Source: an uncultured bacterium
Lineage (GTDB): Bacteria; Patescibacteriota; Minisyncoccia; Phycocordibacterales; CAIRYW01
NCBI GenBank assembly: GCA_963766885.1
Contig: CAVYBO010000002.1
Location: 293,048-357,047 of the forward strand
Direction: 5' to 3'
Length of the DNA stretch: 64,000 bases
Both the position numbers and the translations under genes were made by a program. Shown here one piece after another: positions 59,202-64,000 of this stretch. Every line of letters begins with the position of its first letter. The first letter of the stretch is position 1. The notes below the pieces were generated by a model that saw only the letters and a list, made by a program, of their open reading frames with translations, did not search any database and was not told where the DNA came from.

Positions 59202-59978
59202 ATGAAAAAGAAAAGTGAATACGTAAAAATTATTATTTCAGGAAAAAATTTAGAAACATATGAATACGAACGAAAACCAAACCCTATCAGACGGAGAAAT
59301 AGAAGAAAAAGCAAAGATACTGATGGTGATGAGAATCTGGGAGTTAGTGGACAAGATACATTTTCGGAAAGAAAGCTGGGGAAAAGACAAGATCACGCAC
59401 GACACGCTGGTATGGATTTCCGAAGGCTTGTTACATCTAACCTTGTCGGAACTGAACTTCCTGTACTCGTTACTCTTACCTATAAGGAAAACATCACCGA
59501 TATCAGTGTCGGATACAAGGACTATCGGTCTTTTATCCAGTCTCTCCGCTATAAATACGGAAAAGTTTTCAGGTACGTCTGTGTCCCAGAATTTCAAGGG
59601 CGTGGTGCCGTTCATTTTCACGCTTTGTTCTGGGGGCTACCCGCTGAATTATTTTTACATGAACGAAAAACTCGTCTCCTCGCAGGAATATGGGCAAAAG
59701 GATTTGTTTACGTAAAGTTTACTGATGGTCACGAAAAAATATCTTCTTACTTATCAAAATATATGCAAAAAGCTTTTATTGATCCAAGATTAAGAAATCA
59801 AAAGGCCTATGTGGCCTCTAGAAATATAAAGCGTCCATATGTAAAATCGGGCTCTTTTTCTGTTTCCTATATCATTGACGATTATGTTGGTGATGACAGC
59901 TCTCCTGTGATAGATAAGACCTACGACACTAAATGGCTAGGTAAATGTAGGTATCGGGTATTCAAGGCTTCCAATTAA
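59202..59978 (+). CDS. HUH rolling-circle replication initiator
   Basis: Motif I VTLTY, motif II EFQGRGAVHFHAL, motif III YLSKYMQK. Confidence 0.88.
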   Translation: MKKKSEYVKIIISGKNLETYEYERKPNPIRRRNRRKSKDTDGDENLGVSGQDTFSERKLGKRQDHARHAGMDFRRLVTSNLVGTELPVLVTLTYKENITDISVGYKDYRSFIQSLRYKYGKVFRYVCVPEFQGRGAVHFHALFWGLPAELFLHERKTRLLAGIWAKGFVYVKFTDGHEKISSYLSKYMQKAFIDPRLRNQKAYVASRNIKRPYVKSGSFSVSYIIDDYVGDDSSPVIDKTYDTKWLGKCRYRVFKASN

Positions 59979-60003
59979 TAAATAAAAGTGATTATATAAT
60001 GCT

Positions 60004-61518
60004 ATGAAATACATACTTTACTGCCGAAAATCAACAGAATCAGAAGACAGACAGGTTCTATCATTAGAATCCCAAAGAAAAGAACTCTTGGATTTGGCAA
60101 AATATGAAGACCTTGAAATTATTCTGACTCTTGAAGAAAGCAAATCGGCCAAAGAGCCAGGCCGTCCTATTTTTAACGAAATGCTTCAGATGATTTCTTC
60201 AGGAAAAGCAGATGCTATTCTCTGTTGGAAAATTGATCGTCTCACAAGAAATCCTGTTGATGGCGGACAAGTACAATGGCTTCTTCAAAACGGAATGATT
60301 AAACACATAAGAACTTTTGAAAAAAGTTTCTATTCTAACGATAATGTTTTGCTTATGGGTATTGAACAGGCTATGGCTAATCAATACGTTATAGATTTAA
60401 GTCTGAATGTTAAAAGAGGTCATCGTACAAAACTTGAAAAGGGCGACTGGCCTAATAAAGCTCCTTTTGGATATATCAACGATAAAGTCAGCAAAACTAT
60501 TAAGATTGATAAAAAATTTGGCTCATATGTTTTTAGAGCCTTTGAATTATATTCAACAGGTGGATACACGTTAAAACAAATTTCAGATATTTTGTATCAA
60601 GAAGGAATGAGAACAAAAACTGGAAATAAGATTAAGAAGAGCCAAATTCACAGAATTCTACACAATAAGCTTTACTGTGGCTTGATGGAGAAAGACGGAA
60701 AAACATATCATGGCAATCATGAAGCATTAATCTCTGTTTCTCTATTTAATAAAGTTGATGATGTTTTGCATGGCAGGCATCATCCTCGTCCAAATATACA
60801 CTTCTATTCTGCACGTGGATTTCTATCTTGTGCTTCTTGTGAATGTACTTTAACTACTGATACAAAAAAAGGTTACATTTATTATTACTGCACTAATGGC
60901 AAAGGAAACTGTGAGCAACATAAAAAATATCTAAGATCGGAAATGATTGATTCTCTTCTTTCAAGTATGTTCAAGGAACTGGCCTTTGACAAAGAGTTGA
61001 TTGAAATGGCTGCAGAAGCCTATAAAGAGAGAAATGAGCTCAAAAACGACTATACTGCTTCAAGCATAGAAAACCTCTCTAATGAGCTTAATTCTCTTCT
61101 GGAAAAAGAATCTGCCCTCGTAGATGGATATAGTTCTAAGATAATACGTGAAGAAGTTTATAGAGCCAAGGTTCAGGAAATACAAAACAAACGCATAGAA
61201 ATTGAGAAACAAATCAAAGAAACTGAAGCTAAAGGCGGAATAAGTAAAGTCACTTTCGAACAGATCAAAAATGTCTTTTTAGATAGTAGTAGAGCCTCAG
61301 AAACGTATTTGGAACTTACGGAAGAAGAAAAGAGAAAGATGCTAGAAAAATTACTTTCGAACGCTTCTATAGAAAACCAAAAAATCGTTAAATACCAATT
61401 CAAAAGTCCATATCAGATACTTGCAAATACCTCAAAAAATACCGATTTGGAAACACTACTGCGGGACCTGGATTCGAACCAAGATACCCTGCTCCAGAGG
61501 CAGATGTCCTACCATTAG
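60004..61518 (+). CDS. large serine recombinase (resolvase, recombinase, Zn-ribbon and coiled-coil domains)
   Basis: YCRKST, ESKSAK.PGRP.F, WKIDRLTRN, APFGY and CASC...YYYC; the last 20 codons overlap tRNA-Gln. Confidence 0.95.
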   Translation: MKYILYCRKSTESEDRQVLSLESQRKELLDLAKYEDLEIILTLEESKSAKEPGRPIFNEMLQMISSGKADAILCWKIDRLTRNPVDGGQVQWLLQNGMIKHIRTFEKSFYSNDNVLLMGIEQAMANQYVIDLSLNVKRGHRTKLEKGDWPNKAPFGYINDKVSKTIKIDKKFGSYVFRAFELYSTGGYTLKQISDILYQEGMRTKTGNKIKKSQIHRILHNKLYCGLMEKDGKTYHGNHEALISVSLFNKVDDVLHGRHHPRPNIHFYSARGFLSCASCECTLTTDTKKGYIYYYCTNGKGNCEQHKKYLRSEMIDSLLSSMFKELAFDKELIEMAAEAYKERNELKNDYTASSIENLSNELNSLLEKESALVDGYSSKIIREEVYRAKVQEIQNKRIEIEKQIKETEAKGGISKVTFEQIKNVFLDSSRASETYLELTEEEKRKMLEKLLSNASIENQKIVKYQFKSPYQILANTSKNTDLETLLRDLDSNQDTLLQRQMSYH

Positions 61519-61529
61519 ACGATCCCGCA
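61459..61529 (-). tRNA. tRNA-Gln(CTG)
   Basis: TGCGGGA-TC-GTCTAATGGTAGGAC-A-TCTGC-CTCTGGA-GCAGG-GTAT-CTTGG-TTCGAAT-CCAGG-TCCCGCA-G; CCA is not encoded. Confidence 0.96.
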
Positions 61530-61644
61530 AAATATTCAAGGAATACAAAAAAGCTGTTGTCAGCTTTTGAACCTATAGATTAGCGTTTTTTGGGTAAAAA
61601 ATCAAAAGCTGTGGATTTGTAATAAAGGAATAAGTGGTAAGATT

Positions 61645-61881
61645 ATGTTGGTAATCCATTTAAATATGAACATTCCCACCTTTCCTCCACCACCCCCAGA
61701 ACACCCTCAAGAACAAGACCTTCGGCAATCTTTTGGGCAACTGCTTGAAGAACAAGTCGTGAAAAACTTTTTCCCCGAAAGCGGTCTGCCGATGGAACTT
61801 CCCCGCACACACGATACTGGAAACAGGCGTATGCGCAACCAGGAAAGCGGCGAGCAATCACCCTCCATACCACTTCTTTAG
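61645..61881 (+). CDS. small hypothetical protein (orphan)
   Basis: 78 aa Pro-rich ORF followed by a hairpin flanked by A and T tracts (about 61892-61931). Confidence 0.4.
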   Translation: MLVIHLNMNIPTFPPPPPEHPQEQDLRQSFGQLLEEQVVKNFFPESGLPMELPRTHDTGNRRMRNQESGEQSPSIPLL

Positions 61882-61949
61882 TTCTTTCAATAAAAAAGCG
61901 GACGGCTCCCTCAAGCCCTCCGCGATTTTTTATCTATATTTTTTAATTT

Positions 61950-62762
61950 TTAGTACCCGCTTGCTTGTGTTTGCGCGGAAGTGTTTGCGTTAACATTTGC
62001 GTTTGCGCTGCCGCTTAGATTGGAACGAAGTGTGTTGACCACAGCTTCCAGAACCTTAGCTTTAACTGCTAGAGATGACGTTGCGCTAGCAGTTGCGTTT
62101 GCATTCAATGTGGCTCTTGTATTGGATTGAAGATTGCTGTTAAGACTTGTATCATTAACCGACGCCAAGAATCTGTACCATGGGTAATGAAATTTGACAT
62201 TGCCGCTGTTATCAACACTGACAGAGACAGACATATTCATTGGAATAAATCCAAACAATTTTGCAGGCTCTTTGTAATTAACATTAACACTACTGGAATC
62301 CACAGCCACTCCGCTAACATTTGCGTTCGCATTCATTTCTGATTTTATAAACGAGTCAAGGCCAGCTGACGTTGAAACATTTGCGGCAGAAGTCACGGCA
62401 GTGTTTGAATTTGCGCTTGTATTTGAGCTTGTGTTTATATTTGCATTTGCGTTTAAATCCACACTTGGATTAGGCAAATCAATAGCTGAGCCCAAACTCA
62501 AACCTGTAGAGTTATTTGAGGAAGTAGATGCAGAAGACTGGTCACCAGCGTTAATTGTAGAACTAGAGCTTGTTTCCAAAGAAGATCCTAAATTCACGCT
62601 TAGAATATCTCCAGACGAGGATTCAGAAGCTCCTTGTGAAGTATCCGAGCCCGAAACATAAGTTGCGGCGCTTGCATACAACACTCCAGATAGAGGTAAG
62701 ACAGCAAGCAAACAGGCGGCTCCGCCATCCGCTAACAGTTTTTTGATTATTTTATTAGTCAT
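61950..62762 (-). CDS. secreted Ser/Asn/Ala-rich surface protein
   Basis: Signal peptide, low-complexity region and a conserved-looking YKEPAKLFGFIPM...YPWYRFL block. Confidence 0.75.
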   Translation of the reverse strand: MTNKIIKKLLADGGAACLLAVLPLSGVLYASAATYVSGSDTSQGASESSSGDILSVNLGSSLETSSSSTINAGDQSSASTSSNNSTGLSLGSAIDLPNPSVDLNANANINTSSNTSANSNTAVTSAANVSTSAGLDSFIKSEMNANANVSGVAVDSSSVNVNYKEPAKLFGFIPMNMSVSVSVDNSGNVKFHYPWYRFLASVNDTSLNSNLQSNTRATLNANATASATSSLAVKAKVLEAVVNTLRSNLSGSANANVNANTSAQTQASGY

Positions 62763-62854
62763 AGTAAATTTTGTTTATGCACAATATGCCCGACAGCATA
62801 CAGTGTTGTAAACGGAGCAAAACCACAATTATTACAGCCAATTCAATTTTATGC

Positions 62855-64000
62855 CTACGATTTCTTCAGAGCGGCTTTTATGAACGAATTAAAAAGCGGC
62901 TGAGGATTGAGAGGCCTGGCTTTGAATTCGGGATGAAATTGTGTACCTAGGAAAAACGGATGTTTGGACTTTGGCAGCTCGGCAATTTCCATAAGCTTGC
63001 CACTTGGAGAAGTGCCAGAAAAAACAAGTCCGGCAATTTCCAAGTCTTTTATATACATAGGATTAACTTCGTATCGATGTCTATGTCTTTCGGAAATTTG
63101 TTCTTTTTTGTAGCTTTCATAAGCAATAGTGCCGTTCTTCAGGATAGCAGGGTAAGATCCAAGCCGCATTGAACCGCCGTAGTCTTTGTTCAAAAGCTTT
63201 TTTTCCTGATCAGGCATTATATCGATGACAAGACGGCTTGATTTTTTATTGATTTCAGAAGTGTTGGCGTCTTTCCAGTGCAAGACATTGCGCGCATATT
63301 CAATTACCATCAATTGCATTCCGTAGCAAAGTCCAAAATAAGGAATTTTGTTTTCGCGGGCAAATCTAATGGCCGATAGCTTGCCTTCAATGCCAGTTTC
63401 TCCAAACCCTCCAGGCACGACGATGCCGTCAAATTTTTTTAGATCCCTTAAGGCCACAGGATTCTTTTCAAAATCTTTAGAATTAATCCACGTCAGCCTG
63501 GCTTTGACTCCATGCTTGTATGCCGAGAATTTTATAGCTTCAATAACAGAAAGATACGCGTCTGACAATGTAAAATCTCCAGTATCAAAATATTTTCCGA
63601 CAATCCCGATGTTCACCGATTTTTCAGTTTCCTTGACACTTTGAACGAATTTTTTCCAAGAAGAAATATCAGGTTTCATTTTTTTCATGCTGAGAAGCTT
63701 CAGGATAATTCCGCTGATATTGTCTTTCTCCAAATTTTCAGAAACTTCATAAACAATATCAACATCTGGAGCAGAAATGACGTACTCGCTTGGAATGCTG
63801 CAAGAATTAGCGATTTTTTCTTTTCTTTTGGAATCCATACGTACTTCGCTGCGAGCCACCAAGATGTCGGCTTGCACTCCGTATGAATTAAGCATCCTCA
63901 TCGCGTTCTGTGTAGGCTTGCTTTTCATCTCGCCAAGTTTGCCCGGCACAGGTAAATACGAAACCATTATAAAAATTACATCTTTTGGATTTCTTAACTT
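62855..64000 (-). CDS. pyrG: CTP synthase (C-terminal part; starts beyond the right edge)
   Basis: KSKPTQ, VGKY, DAYLSV.EA, VPGGFG, GLCYGMQ, ERHRHRYEVN and QFHPEF. Confidence 0.97.
   Translation of the reverse strand, partial: KLRNPKDVIFIMVSYLPVPGKLGEMKSKPTQNAMRMLNSYGVQADILVARSEVRMDSKRKEKIANSCSIPSEYVISAPDVDIVYEVSENLEKDNISGIILKLLSMKKMKPDISSWKKFVQSVKETEKSVNIGIVGKYFDTGDFTLSDAYLSVIEAIKFSAYKHGVKARLTWINSKDFEKNPVALRDLKKFDGIVVPGGFGETGIEGKLSAIRFARENKIPYFGLCYGMQLMVIEYARNVLHWKDANTSEINKKSSRLVIDIMPDQEKKLLNKDYGGSMRLGSYPAILKNGTIAYESYKKEQISERHRHRYEVNPMYIKDLEIAGLVFSGTSPSGKLMEIAELPKSKHPFFLGTQFHPEFKARPLNPQPLFNSFIKAALKKS

Larger units (their letters stand above)
54398..61461. mobile_element. integrative element of about 7 kb (RCR Rep plus large serine recombinase) at the tRNA-Gln 3' end
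   Basis: The recombinase ORF reads into the tRNA; adjacent HUH Rep with a GC-rich hairpin; low-GC cargo; left att-like site. The left boundary is inferred. Confidence 0.75.

Noticed and set aside
61950-62500. Repeated TTTGC/GTTTGC units
   Set aside because: They reflect Ala-Asn-rich low-complexity coding sequence, not a DNA repeat element.
1-64000. Alternative genetic code (TGA read-through)
   Set aside because: Conserved genes are full length in code 11, and TGA serves as the stop in the ATGA overlaps.

Overview
Low-GC bacterial chromosomal DNA in genetic code 11. Gene content, many short orphan genes and the promoter style suggest a Patescibacteria/CPR (Parcubacteria-like) genome; this is an inference. 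The window is bracketed by two partial core genes, rplY (L25) on the left and pyrG on the right. The left third is mostly housekeeping and stress genes: a ccdA-dipZ-msrA-msrB redox operon with a circularly permuted CcdA, trehalase, a DEAD-box helicase, an ABC exporter, Bcp, an LtaS-like enzyme and lexA with a GAAC-N4-GTTC box. An IS1595-family element carrying two passenger genes follows. From about 23 kb to 61.5 kb the region looks like an accretion zone downstream of tRNA-Gln(CTG). A roughly 7 kb element with a rolling-circle Rep and a large serine recombinase sits at the tRNA 3' end. Degenerate copies of a 27-bp att-like site recur at gene boundaries (54397, 41800, 38576, 37791, 23920, 23302) and become more degraded with distance from the tRNA. 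The segment between the two best sites carries the most striking system. It is a translationally coupled six-gene operon: one stand-alone PEP-synthase/PPDK ATP-grasp domain plus five paralogues, each a divergent N-terminal domain fused to a phospho-His swivel domain. This looks like a split, multiplexed rifampicin-phosphotransferase-like kinase system. Defence-like genes lie nearby (AbiEii-WYL fusion, HEPN proteins). Several candidate structured RNAs are also noted. All family assignments come from motif recognition by eye, not from database searches.
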